This document shows, piece after piece, positions 1-8,029 of a stretch of 34,955 nt of DNA. Each line of letters opens with the position of its first letter. Position 1 is the first letter of the stretch. A program made the translations under genes and the position numbers. The notes under the pieces were generated by a model. It saw only the letters and a list, made by a program, of their open reading frames with translations. It was not told where the DNA came from and ran no database searches. This DNA is from a virus: UHGV virus genome UHGV-0055450; one strand, 5' to 3'.

Positions 1-526
1 AGCACACGTCATCAAATCTCACCACAACGTGGGCGGCCTGCCGAAAGAGATGAAGATGGGCCTGGTTGAACCGCTGAAAGAGCTGTTCAAAGACGAAGTG
101 CGTAAGATTGGTCTGGAGCTGGGCCTGCCGTACGACATGTTGTACCGTCACCCATTCCCGGGACCAGGCCTTGGCGTTCGTGTGCTGGGTGAAGTGAAGA
201 AAGAGTACTGTGACCTGCTGCGCCGTGCTGACGCCATCTTCATTGAAGAACTGCGTAAAGCGGACCTGTACGACAAAGTCAGCCAGGCGTTCACTGTGTT
301 CCTGCCGGTACGTTCCGTTGGCGTAATGGGCGATGGTCGTAAGTATGACTGGGTTGTCTCTCTGCGTGCTGTCGAAACCATCGACTTTATGACCGCACAC
401 TGGGCGCATCTGCCGTACGATTTCCTCGGTCGCGTTTCCAACCGCATTATCAATGAAGTGAACGGTATTTCCCGCGTGGTGTATGACATCAGCGGCAAGC
501 CGCCAGCTACCATTGAGTGGGAATGA
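1..526 (+). CDS. guaA: GMP synthase, C-terminal fragment (5' end lies outside the window)
   Basis: Frame-2 translation ...[26 protein letters not shown]...[12 protein letters not shown] is the conserved C-terminal end of enterobacterial GuaA; reading frame is open to the window edge. Confidence 0.9.
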
Positions 527-572
527 TTAACAGCTAACTCATAGCAAATCATTCCTATTCAGATGCCAACTC

Positions 573-605
573 AACCCTCTGTTTTTGCAGAGGGTTTTTG
601 TTTTT
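573..605 (+). terminator. Rho-independent terminator downstream of guaA
   Basis: Hairpin AACCCTCTG-(TTTTTG)-CAGAGGGTT followed by the T-run TTTTTGTTTTT. Confidence 0.7.
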
Positions 606-661
606 ACGTATTCATTTCTATTCACTCTACACCATATTTTTCGGCGGTACAGGTGACGGTA

Positions 662-676
662 TTACCTTAAAGGTAT
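662..676. promoter_or_regulatory. Operator-like palindrome TTACC-N5-GGTAt (one mismatch) upstream of the integrase gene
   Basis: TTACCttaaaGGTAT; member of the dispersed TTACC-N5-GGTAA family, 43 bp upstream of the integrase start. Confidence 0.45.
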
Positions 677-718
677 ACTCTCATACCGTCATGAAAATGG
701 TTTCTATACGGGTGAATT

Positions 719-1969
719 GTGCTTACCGATACAAAATTAAAAAACCTCAAGCCACAGGACAAACTGTACAAAGTTTCCGATCGTGACGGGCTGTATGTAG
801 CTGTGCTTACGTCAGGTACGGTCTCGTTTCGCTATGACTACCGTATCAACGGTCGCCGCGAAACACTGGTAATCGGGCAGTATGGGCGTGACGGTATCAG
901 CCTGGCAGAAGCGCGAGAAGAACTGATTGCTGCAAAGAAGCTGCTTAAAGCAGGCCAGTCGCCGGCTGCGGCTAAACGTGACGGTATCAAAAAGATTCGT
1001 GGTGCCGAGACGTTTGCGGTACATACCGACAGTTATATGAAACACGTCATCCTGGCTGAAAGTACCCGCGCAATGAAGCAGGCGGTGATCGACCGTGACA
1101 TACTTCCGGTTCTTGGCAACAAAATGATGGCTGAAATTACCACATCGATGGTTCGTGATTTGTGTGACCGGATTGTCGAACGCGGTGGTCGGGCAACAGC
1201 AGTACAGGCCAGGGAGATCATCAGCAGCGTATACCGTCACGCCAATGACCGTGGTCATGGTTTGTTTAATCCTGCTGCTGACATTAAACCTTCGTCTATC
1301 GCCATATTTAAACCACGAGAGCGAACACTGACACCAGAAGAAATTGGTCTGTTCTTCCGCACGCTGGATGCCATTGGTGCTATGGGCACTATGAAAATGG
1401 CTTTAAAGCTGGTGCTTATCACTATGGTTCGTAAAGGCGAATTCACCAATGCAACGTGGGATGAAATAGATTTTAAAAAATGGACATGGACAATTCCTTC
1501 AGACCGCATGAAGGGAAGCCGGGCGCATGTTATTTACCTGCCTAAACAGGCTCAGGATATATTGGTCGGGTTGCAGATGTGCGCTGGTGGAAGTGAATAT
1601 CTGGTTCCTGGTCGTTACAATTTCAGGAAGCCATTATCTAATGCCGCGCTGAACTCTCTGATCGACAGAACGGTGAAAATAATAAATGAAGATGGTGAGC
1701 ATATTCAGGACTTCACCGTACACGATATGCGCCGTACAGCCAGTACGTTGTTGCATGAGGCTGGTTATCCTTCAGACTGGATTGAAAAGGCTCTGGCACA
1801 TGAGCAGAAAGGTGTGCGCGCCGTATATAACAAAGCGGAATACGCCAGACAGCGCGCCTACATGTTGCAGCAGTGGTCCGATATGATTGATTCCTGGATT
1901 AACGGGGAGCATACGGATCTGATTCCGTTCTCCCCGTCGAAGTTTGAGAAGTGGATGGCGGGGGAATAA
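719..1969 (+). CDS. int: Tyrosine integrase, P4-type (site-specific recombinase)
   Basis: 416-aa ORF with GTG start. N-terminal arm-binding region (LKNLKPQDKLYKVSDRDGLYVAV) and C-terminal catalytic signature HDMRRTASTLL ... LAHEQKGVRAVYNKAEY. First prophage gene next to guaA. Confidence 0.9.
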   Translation: MLTDTKLKNLKPQDKLYKVSDRDGLYVAVLTSGTVSFRYDYRINGRRETLVIGQYGRDGISLAEAREELIAAKKLLKAGQSPAAAKRDGIKKIRGAETFAVHTDSYMKHVILAESTRAMKQAVIDRDILPVLGNKMMAEITTSMVRDLCDRIVERGGRATAVQAREIISSVYRHANDRGHGLFNPAADIKPSSIAIFKPRERTLTPEEIGLFFRTLDAIGAMGTMKMALKLVLITMVRKGEFTNATWDEIDFKKWTWTIPSDRMKGSRAHVIYLPKQAQDILVGLQMCAGGSEYLVPGRYNFRKPLSNAALNSLIDRTVKIINEDGEHIQDFTVHDMRRTASTLLHEAGYPSDWIEKALAHEQKGVRAVYNKAEYARQRAYMLQQWSDMIDSWINGEHTDLIPFSPSKFEKWMAGE

Positions 1970-1972
1970 CGT

Positions 1973-2167
1973 TTAATAGTTCTGCTGATTTTCTTCCATC
2001 TCTGCTTCTGCTGCCAGTGATTCAATTTTGTTTTCGAATATTGCTGACAGTGTTGCAAATTCAGCATCAGTGACAGCGGGAATTGGAACAAACCTGATCC
2101 CGCTGTGTGCAAGCATGTTTGCAGTTTCAAGGCATTTTCTTAAATCTGCTGGTGATGCCCTGTTCAT
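1973..2167 (-). CDS. Hypothetical small protein (64 aa)
   Basis: MNRASPADLRKCLETANMLAHSGIRFVPIPAV...; its ATG overlaps the methyltransferase stop (ATGA), suggesting translational coupling; last gene of the leftward operon. Confidence 0.45.
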   Translation of the reverse strand: MNRASPADLRKCLETANMLAHSGIRFVPIPAVTDAEFATLSAIFENKIESLAAEAEMEENQQNY

Positions 2168-2826
2168 GCAGCACGCTCCCGCCCCTGGTTGTCTGTTGGT
2201 GACAGCGGAGCATTGCTGAATGCATTTGTTAATCCGCCAATATCCAACGCGTATCCAGGGTGTAGTTGCACTGCCGGGTCTTCGCACTGATTACCCCAAA
2301 CATCGAAGCCATGAGACGTCTGGCGGGCGAACAGTTCAATGCGAGAAACATCGCCTAATAATTGCACAAGTTTTTCACGAACGACATCTGGTTTTCTTGA
2401 ATGCTCAAGCCGCGGTGCGGTAAATGACTGAACGATACCTGCATTAATGCGCGGAGGTAGTTTTCCCTTTACCGCAAACAGGCAATCTTCACTATTGGCG
2501 CGAGTCATGTGTCCCATACCCATAACCAGTTTATCTGGTTGTCGACTACCACATTTTATCCACGTGAAGCCCTTCATGGTCATCAGACGGAATCCCCAGG
2601 CTTCAACAACTTTTAGTGCTTCGAGTGGTTGTGTTGGCACCCACCACATGGCCAACAGACAGTTTTCACCGGCCAAATCCCACACAGGAAGGCGGCAGAT
2701 ATCCAGCACACTCATAACCGGATATTTAAAACCGGCACCGCGATTACCATCTGTGGCTTTGTCCCGGTATGCCCAGGGTGGATCTGCATAGATTAGTGTG
2801 TATTTCTTAGTCATAAACCACCCCAC
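2164..2826 (-). CDS. DNA N6-adenine methyltransferase, MT-A70-like (orphan)
   Basis: DPPW catalytic motif in LIYADPPWAY near the N-terminus; no restriction endonuclease gene adjacent. The likelier start is the ATG at 2814 (MTKKYTLIYADPPW). Confidence 0.8.
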   Translation of the reverse strand: MGWFMTKKYTLIYADPPWAYRDKATDGNRGAGFKYPVMSVLDICRLPVWDLAGENCLLAMWWVPTQPLEALKVVEAWGFRLMTMKGFTWIKCGSRQPDKLVMGMGHMTRANSEDCLFAVKGKLPPRINAGIVQSFTAPRLEHSRKPDVVREKLVQLLGDVSRIELFARQTSHGFDVWGNQCEDPAVQLHPGYALDIGGLTNAFSNAPLSPTDNQGRERAA

Positions 2827-3106
2827 AACATCCTATGCCGCTATAGTCGCCACGGCGAAGTCCGTTACCTTTTGTGATACATTGGTCCCTGCGAATCGCG
2901 ATCCTTGCACGTTCAACATCACCAGAAGCAACATCCATACACTGAAGCCAAAGGTGGGCGGCAATGCGGAACTGCCCTTTTTTCTCTCTTTCAATCGCGC
3001 GTTTTTCGATCTCTATCGCCGCAGGAGTAACGGCGACAATCTTTGACGGACTGCGCATTGAAACCTTATTCATGTGATATTTTTCAAGTCGGCTTAACTT
3101 TCTCAC
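2807..3106 (-). CDS. Hypothetical protein (99 aa)
   Basis: ORF in the leftward operon between the AlpA-like gene and the methyltransferase; GTG start preceded by GAGGG; no recognisable motif. Confidence 0.4.
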   Translation of the reverse strand: MRKLSRLEKYHMNKVSMRSPSKIVAVTPAAIEIEKRAIEREKKGQFRIAAHLWLQCMDVASGDVERARIAIRRDQCITKGNGLRRGDYSGIGCCGVVYD

Positions 3107-3215
3107 TTAATCCAACCCTCTCTGAAAATTAATGCCAGCAGATAAAGCCATGCTGAAACAGAGGCCAGGAATAAGTACCATCCTGACCATTTGCTCCAGT
3201 GCCTTAGCAGCACAC

Positions 3216-3464
3216 TCATGCCGCGTTGCTCACGGGACGATATACACGTTGCTGAACAGGAGGTTTTTTACCCTGGAACTCTGCCGGGCTTGCTGCCTGA
3301 CGTTCATCAAGCCAACGCTCAACTTCATCACGGTTCCATGCGCAGCGTTTATCGGTGATATACCAGCGTTTAGGAAATTCCCCTGCGCGCTCCATACGGT
3401 CGATAGTGCTCCATGACAGTGGAACCACCGCCAGGAGTTCCTTCTTACCTAATGCACCTTTCAT
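3216..3464 (-). CDS. AlpA-family DNA-binding protein (putative excisionase or transcriptional regulator)
   Basis: 82 aa; LLAVVPLSWSTIDRMERAGEFPKR...WNRDEVERWLDER fits the AlpA/Xis-type helix-turn-helix pattern. Confidence 0.6.
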   Translation of the reverse strand: MKGALGKKELLAVVPLSWSTIDRMERAGEFPKRWYITDKRCAWNRDEVERWLDERQAASPAEFQGKKPPVQQRVYRPVSNAA

Positions 3465-3513
3465 AAATACCTCTCTTGGTTGCAGTGCGGCGCGCGTGGC
3501 GCCGCGGTGGTGG

Positions 3514-4455
3514 TTACATAGATGTTTCGTTTAATTCTTCCCGACGAACGCTGTAAACGTCGGTGGCTTTTGCCAGCAGTTCGTCATCATCTGAAAGTTT
3601 TTGTGCAATGTATTTGTAAGCCTTATCCAGTTCGGAGACAGTGCTGTAATTCATCGCTGCGCTGGTAAAGGCCATCAGCATTTCTTCTGGATCACGGCTG
3701 TCCGATTTACGCGTTTGCTCATCAGGCTTTTTCGCTGGTTTAGCGTTGATCAGACTGTTCATTCCCGCAGCAGTGGTCGTTTGCGGAGTAATGTCTCGCT
3801 CAACGCGCGGTGCCGTTTCCTGTAATTCGTCTGGGGTGTAGACGCCCATGATTACGTCAGGACAGTGCAGGCGAGACCAGCGTTTTGTCGCAAGGTATGC
3901 GAGTTGTTGTTTCGGATCACTGGCCCAAAGTGTGGAGTTTCTTACCTGTGCTTGAGACAGCATTAACTCAAGCACTCGAGGTTGATCCTCGCCCTTCATG
4001 GTTGCCCATACGCGAACACCGCAGCCTTCTTCGTCTTTTAGAGTCCAGCCTGGTGCGATATATGGATTGCCGTTTTTGGATGTTTTCTCAACAAACTTAC
4101 CGATCACGCGTTCCCACGGCCCGAACCACTCGTAGTTGATGCGATCTTTTGTTGGCGACATCGTTGAGATAACTGCGTTTACTAATTGGGCTTCATAACC
4201 TAGCGTGCCGTTCACAACATGGGTTTTCTGAGCCACGGCAAACGGGTTCATTCCCCACTGCGCAGCCTGCATTGCCACGGCCATGCAATCAGCTGGTTTC
4301 CCGGCGAGGTGCGCCGGTACCGTTACGCGGCTTTGCGCCATTACCTCGGCGAATTTCATCAGTTGGTTCAAGCCGTCTGGGCTGAAAATAGTTGCAGCAG
4401 TTCCAGCGATTGCTGTGTCTACTGGTGCGTTGATGTTTGCGATGTCGTTGCTCAT
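3514..4455 (-). CDS. Single-strand annealing protein, RecT/Redbeta family
   Basis: Core ...AAQWGMNPFAVAQKTHVVNGTLGYEAQLVNAVI... and ERDITPQ resemble RecT/Bet. The ATG at 4455 overlaps the exonuclease stop (ATGA); the ORF track extends it to 4482. Confidence 0.75.
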   Translation of the reverse strand: MSNDIANINAPVDTAIAGTAATIFSPDGLNQLMKFAEVMAQSRVTVPAHLAGKPADCMAVAMQAAQWGMNPFAVAQKTHVVNGTLGYEAQLVNAVISTMSPTKDRINYEWFGPWERVIGKFVEKTSKNGNPYIAPGWTLKDEEGCGVRVWATMKGEDQPRVLELMLSQAQVRNSTLWASDPKQQLAYLATKRWSRLHCPDVIMGVYTPDELQETAPRVERDITPQTTTAAGMNSLINAKPAKKPDEQTRKSDSRDPEEMLMAFTSAAMNYSTVSELDKAYKYIAQKLSDDDELLAKATDVYSVRREELNETSM

Positions 4456-5273
4456 ATGTACATATCCTGTTTGCGTGCCCACTCAGGGCGTTTAATGATT
4501 TCCACACCGCCCCATTCATCATTTATGCGGCATTCGTGATAGGTATTCAGATCCCGGCGGAACAGAGCGTGCCCGGCATCGACATCCGGCGCATCCAGCT
4601 CGAACACGCGTACCGGATACCGACCACAATCAATGCTTTCGCTCACGGCAAGAAAGAAAAAACCATGCGGCTGACCAGTAACCCTCATTGCGCCTTCGCG
4701 GTACATTGCGTCCTGCACGTGGTAGCGGAATTCCTCGATGTGGCGTGCAAAACGGTCCATATCTGCAACCTTTTTCACGTCGACGATCACGTTGTGCTCG
4801 TTCAGCCATTTGTCTGGACGAATGCGGCACAACTCACCAGTCTCTTCATCATTCCAGTACATTGATGCTTCGCAGTAACCAGGTGCTTCCAGCATCCAGC
4901 GTGCCGCCGGGTGAGCCATTGCGCTATCACGCATCAGCTCCAGTTTCCGCCACTGCTCGGCATCAAGTACCGTAATACCCATATCCGCCACATCACGAAG
5001 AAATGCTTCTTCGTCAGCTTTACCTTGTTTTGTCCGACGATCGAGTTTCGGTGAAACAATGAAGCGTTTGTCGAACTCTCCAGGCTCCAGAAGCAGACAG
5101 TGCAATGCGGTTCCCATATCCAGTGCAGACTTTTTCTCTTCGTCTTCTGGTGCTGCCTGAACCCATTTAAGAAGCGCCGGATTCTTGGCAACCATGTCCA
5201 GTTGCGACTTACTCACGCCGTCACCGGCGTGGTAGTCTTCGTTGCTGATGTCGAAATAAATTCCCGGTTTCAT
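4452..5273 (-). CDS. PD-(D/E)XK recombination exonuclease (YqaJ/lambda-Exo-like)
   Basis: 273 aa with the motif IRPDKW...IVDVKK; immediately upstream of and coupled to the annealing protein, the usual exo/annealing pair. Confidence 0.75.
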   Translation of the reverse strand: MKPGIYFDISNEDYHAGDGVSKSQLDMVAKNPALLKWVQAAPEDEEKKSALDMGTALHCLLLEPGEFDKRFIVSPKLDRRTKQGKADEEAFLRDVADMGITVLDAEQWRKLELMRDSAMAHPAARWMLEAPGYCEASMYWNDEETGELCRIRPDKWLNEHNVIVDVKKVADMDRFARHIEEFRYHVQDAMYREGAMRVTGQPHGFFFLAVSESIDCGRYPVRVFELDAPDVDAGHALFRRDLNTYHECRINDEWGGVEIIKRPEWARKQDMYI

Positions 5274-5569
5274 GCCGCGTCCCTCTGTCCATCAAGCTGA
5301 TCCGCCAGATCCCAGCGGGCGATAATTGCCATTGCCTCTCGCCGATAGGCATCCATCAGTTCTTCGAACTCAGGGCTGTCTTTAGCAGCCTCCAGTACTT
5401 CCTGACGAACGCCTTTGCCTGTTACAACGTCGAAAGTTGAGGACAGTTGATGAAGCCGGATGCTCTCAATCAGTTCAACTTGTCGGTCATATAGCTGTTC
5501 TGACAGGCGGTAGTCCTTGTCGAATGCCAGCATGATTTTTTGAAGATTTTTCTGCTGATTAACGTTCAT
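5270..5569 (-). CDS. Hypothetical early protein (about 99 aa)
   Basis: MNVNQQKNLQKIMLAFDKDYRLSEQLYDRQVELIES...; the ATG at 5569 is preceded by GGGAGGG; the stop overlaps the exonuclease start (ATGA). Confidence 0.45.
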   Translation of the reverse strand: MNVNQQKNLQKIMLAFDKDYRLSEQLYDRQVELIESIRLHQLSSTFDVVTGKGVRQEVLEAAKDSPEFEELMDAYRREAMAIIARWDLADQLDGQRDAA

Positions 5570-5571
5570 TA

Positions 5572-5724
5572 TCAGCCCTCCCATATCTCGTTATCGTTGG
5601 CCACATCGCGAGCTTCTTTGCTGACGAAAGCCCACTTAATACCTTCCTGTAAGGTGCGGAACTTCCAGCTCATGAATCCGCATGCAGTAACGCAGTACCA
5701 ACCGTTGATGATTTTCCACTGCAT
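5572..5724 (-). CDS. Hypothetical small Trp/Cys-rich protein (50 aa), first gene of the leftward early operon
   Basis: Hand-translated MQWKIINGWYCVTACGFMSWKFRTLQEGIKWAFVSKEARDVANDNEIWEG*; GAGGT sits 9 nt upstream of the ATG; below the length cutoff of the supplied ORF track. Confidence 0.4.
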   Translation of the reverse strand: MQWKIINGWYCVTACGFMSWKFRTLQEGIKWAFVSKEARDVANDNEIWEG

Positions 5725-5743
5725 AACTTGTTACCTCGGTCTG

Positions 5744-5820
5744 TTACCGTTGAGGTAATAATTATGCGTATTTGGTTTGATGTCAATAGATATGAGTTAA
5801 AAAAATTACCCATCAGGTAA
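5744..5820 (-). promoter_or_regulatory. Leftward early promoter region with two operator palindromes (OL-like)
   Basis: Perfect TTACCgttgaGGTAA (5744-5758) and TTACCcatcaGGTAA (5806-5820) flank a perfect -35 TTGACA on the minus strand (plus-strand tgtcaa, 5781-5786). Confidence 0.5.
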
Positions 5821-5832
5821 TAGTACAGGCAA

Positions 5833-5855
5833 TAAAAAAGCCGCCAGAAGGCGGC
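5833..5855 (-). terminator. Rho-independent terminator after the repressor gene
   Basis: Minus strand reads GCCGCC-TTCT-GGCGGC followed by TTTTTT. Confidence 0.6.
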
Positions 5856-5877
5856 TTACTTACTGAAAAGTATGATT

Positions 5878-6462
5878 TTATTGTTTGTTTTTTTCGTTCT
5901 GGTTGATGACAAATTCAATGTAACTTTCGATCTTTGCTTTCTCGGTTTCGGGTAACAATGCGTAGCGCGAGCGGTCATAGTTGATGGTCGCAGGGTCGTG
6001 CGGGTGAATCAGTAATTCATAGCCGTGACGCCCGAATGCGGATGCAACATTCTCCAGGGTGGAAATGGAAACGCTGACCTCATTGTTTAACAGGCGGCTG
6101 ATTGTCACCTGGGCGACGCCGGATGCGCGGTGAAGTTTTCCCTGTGTTGAAAGGTCGCGGCTTTCGCTCATCCAGCGTTCCAGGTTGTGAGCCGCCAGCT
6201 GACCAATGTCGCTTGGGCCGACAGGCTGAAAACCTTCCTGAGAAAGCGAGCGATCGATATCAAGCCAGTTACGGGGTTTATTGGCGGCAGCTTCAATTTT
6301 TCGCGCAACCTGGTCGCCGATAACCTTCTTGCCAAGAGCCCAGCGGTTTACCAGATTTGCCTGAGTTCCAAGTTTTTCTGCCATCCGCGTCTGAACACCA
6401 TTGAATTCACGGTCGATCAAGTCGTTGAGATTTTGCCTGCGGACGTCCTGGATACTTTTCAT
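5878..6462 (-). CDS. CI-like prophage repressor with two helix-turn-helix regions and no recognisable LexA-type autopeptidase domain
   Basis: 194 aa; HTH-like segments QTRMAEKLGTQANLVNRWALGKK and ASGVAQVTISRLLNNEVSVSISTLENVASAFG; no Ser/Lys peptidase motif seen; divergent from the cro-like gene across an operator-rich spacer. Confidence 0.75.
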   Translation of the reverse strand: MKSIQDVRRQNLNDLIDREFNGVQTRMAEKLGTQANLVNRWALGKKVIGDQVARKIEAAANKPRNWLDIDRSLSQEGFQPVGPSDIGQLAAHNLERWMSESRDLSTQGKLHRASGVAQVTISRLLNNEVSVSISTLENVASAFGRHGYELLIHPHDPATINYDRSRYALLPETEKAKIESYIEFVINQNEKNKQ

Positions 6463-6517
6463 TTTCTGGAAAATCGCCTCATATATGAATCAGTAGATGA
6501 TTCAATTTAAAGCAATA

Positions 6518-6580
6518 TTACCCAACAGGTAAATGCACCTCATAGGTAACTATCCTTGATTTTTGTTACCTTATGGGTGA
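6518..6580. promoter_or_regulatory. Tripartite operator and divergent promoter region between repressor and cro (OR-like)
   Basis: TTACCcaacaGGTAA (6518-6532), GcACCtcataGGTAA (6535-6549), TTACCttatgGGTgA (6566-6580). Rightward promoter: -35 TTGTTA (6563-6568), 17-bp spacer, -10 TATTAT (6586-6591). Confidence 0.6.
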
Positions 6581-6616
6581 ATATTTATTATCTGAAATAA
6601 ATATCAGGCAATAGCT

Positions 6617-6847
6617 ATGAGCGATAACGGACATTTCGATTTCAAAAAGCACTGGCTTGCACTTACTCCGGATGAGCGTGAAGCCTTCGCACAGGAAGCC
6701 GGAACGACGAGTCACTATATCCAGACTCACTTAACAGGTAAGCGCAAAATGCCAGGTAAAGTATTGATGAATGGGCTTTTTAAAGCCTGTAAAACAAGAC
6801 AGTGGTTGCGCTCAAAAGCAGAACTGGCATACTTCTTCTACTCATGA
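6617..6847 (+). CDS. Cro-like small DNA-binding regulator
   Basis: 76 aa, divergent from the repressor; HTH-like segment EAFAQEAGTTSHYIQTHLTG; position equivalent to cro. Confidence 0.6.
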   Translation: MSDNGHFDFKKHWLALTPDEREAFAQEAGTTSHYIQTHLTGKRKMPGKVLMNGLFKACKTRQWLRSKAELAYFFYS

Positions 6848-6868
6848 TATCCAGCTACACCCCTCTGT

Positions 6869-6893
6869 AGACCGCCACCCGGCGGTCTTTTTA
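6869..6893 (+). terminator. Rho-independent terminator after cro (tR1-like)
   Basis: AGACCGCC-(ACCC)-GGCGGTCT followed by TTTTT. Confidence 0.65.
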
Positions 6894-6902
6894 TATCTAT
6901 TC

Positions 6903-6917
6903 GTACCTCAAAGGTAA
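6903..6917. promoter_or_regulatory. Operator-like palindrome gTACC-N5-GGTAA between cro and the downstream genes
   Basis: GTACCtcaaaGGTAAtaaaaa lies immediately after the cro terminator; the right half overlaps a TAATAA -10-like hexamer. Confidence 0.4.
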
Positions 6918-6997
6918 TAAAAAACCAAATATGGTTGATCTTTTTTTTGTGTCAGCACAAAATGACCGTAATCCCAATACTAATAACAGGGCTTACC

Positions 6998-7198
6998 ATG
7001 GAAATCATTACACGTATTGATGCCGCAAAGCGCGGACTTAAACGCTACTACACCGGAAAAACATGTAAGCACGGACATGACAGTGAACGCTGGGTTTACA
7101 ACGGACACTGTGTTGAGTGCACCATGGAATCAAACCGTCGTATCAGGGCAGAGATTAAGCAGATCATGATTAATTCCTCCCCACAACATTCAAGCTGA
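6998..7198 (+). CDS. Hypothetical small Cys/His-rich protein (about 66 aa)
   Basis: MEIITRIDAAKRGLKRYYTGKTCKHGHDSERWVYNGHCVECT... has a zinc-ribbon-like C-x-H-x-H ... C-x2-C pattern; the track ORF starts at 6935 but the ATG at 6998 is the likelier start. Confidence 0.4.
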   Translation: MEIITRIDAAKRGLKRYYTGKTCKHGHDSERWVYNGHCVECTMESNRRIRAEIKQIMINSSPQHSS

Positions 7199-7213
7199 TA
7201 GCGGAGATTAATC

Positions 7214-8029
7214 ATGAGCAGACATGCAACAGATTGGGCCTGGGAGACAGATCCAGGTAGCTCGTCATTAAAGCTCATACTGCTCTCGATGGCTGACAGA
7301 GCCGATGAATATAACCTCTGCTACCCCAGCATAGAACGCCTCGTTAAAGACACTTGCCTGAATAAAAAAACCGTGCAGGCCGGGCTTATATCGCTCATGA
7401 AAATGGGGCTTATTTCAGATACCGGAGAGAGAAAGGGAGCGACGAAAAGAGTGCGGGTTTTCTCTCTTAATATAACCAAAAACGGGAACATTAAAGGCAA
7501 CCGGGAAGGGGGTAATGAACCCGAAAACGGTAATGTTACCGAAAACGGGAATATACCCAAAAACGGGATGTTGAATGATCCCAAAAACGGGATGTTGAAT
7601 GATCCCAAAAACGGGATCCAGAACCAGTCATATAACCAGTCATTTAACCAAGAGAGGGAGAGCAGGACAAAAACCGGGGATTCTGTGCCTCATGACCCCG
7701 GCGCAAACAACGCCGTGATGAATAACTTTGTTCCTCCTGGTGGGCCAGGGAAATTAGGCAAATTTGTCATGCATGAACAATGGCAGCCATCAGATGACTT
7801 TCTTCGGAAAAGCTCATTGCAGGGGATCTACCTGGACAGTCTGCCAACGGCACAGGAACTTGCAGAGTTCAGAATTTACTGGATGGCTGAGGGTAAGGCA
7901 TACCATCAGGCACAGTGGGAGCAGAAGCTGGCAAGGCGGCTGCAGATTAGCAGACAGAAGCAATCAACATTACCTGATAACAACGTTCCGCACTGGAACA
8001 GCCCTGAAGCGTGGGAGGATTTCTTGTGA
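7214..8029 (+). CDS. Replication initiator, lambda O-like
   Basis: N-terminal HTH-type initiator region (LKLILLSMADRADEYNLCYPSIERLVKDTCLNKKTVQAGL); a central Asn-rich repeat peptide encoded by the iterons; sits immediately upstream of the P-like gene. Confidence 0.7.
   Translation: MSRHATDWAWETDPGSSSLKLILLSMADRADEYNLCYPSIERLVKDTCLNKKTVQAGLISLMKMGLISDTGERKGATKRVRVFSLNITKNGNIKGNREGGNEPENGNVTENGNIPKNGMLNDPKNGMLNDPKNGIQNQSYNQSFNQERESRTKTGDSVPHDPGANNAVMNNFVPPGGPGKLGKFVMHEQWQPSDDFLRKSSLQGIYLDSLPTAQELAEFRIYWMAEGKAYHQAQWEQKLARRLQISRQKQSTLPDNNVPHWNSPEAWEDFL
7476..7620. repeat. Iteron array (putative replication origin) inside the O-like gene
   Basis: At least six direct copies of CCAAAAACGGGA / CCGAAAACGGTA with 18-24 bp spacing, including tandem 21-bp units CCCAAAAACGGGATGTTGAATGAT; three GATC sites. 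Confidence 0.65.

Noticed and set aside
598-786. 62-aa plus-strand ORF in the junction region
   Set aside because: It overlaps the integrase start in another frame, has no RBS and spans the regulatory region.
3465-3513. GC-rich inverted repeat between the AlpA-like and annealing-protein genes
   Set aside because: It has no adjacent T-tract on either strand and the genes are co-directional, so it is not called a terminator; function unknown.
7476-7620. Possible CRISPR array (regularly spaced short repeats)
   Set aside because: The repeats lie inside a coding sequence with an 18-24 bp period and no unique spacers of CRISPR size; they read as replication iterons. No cas genes are present.
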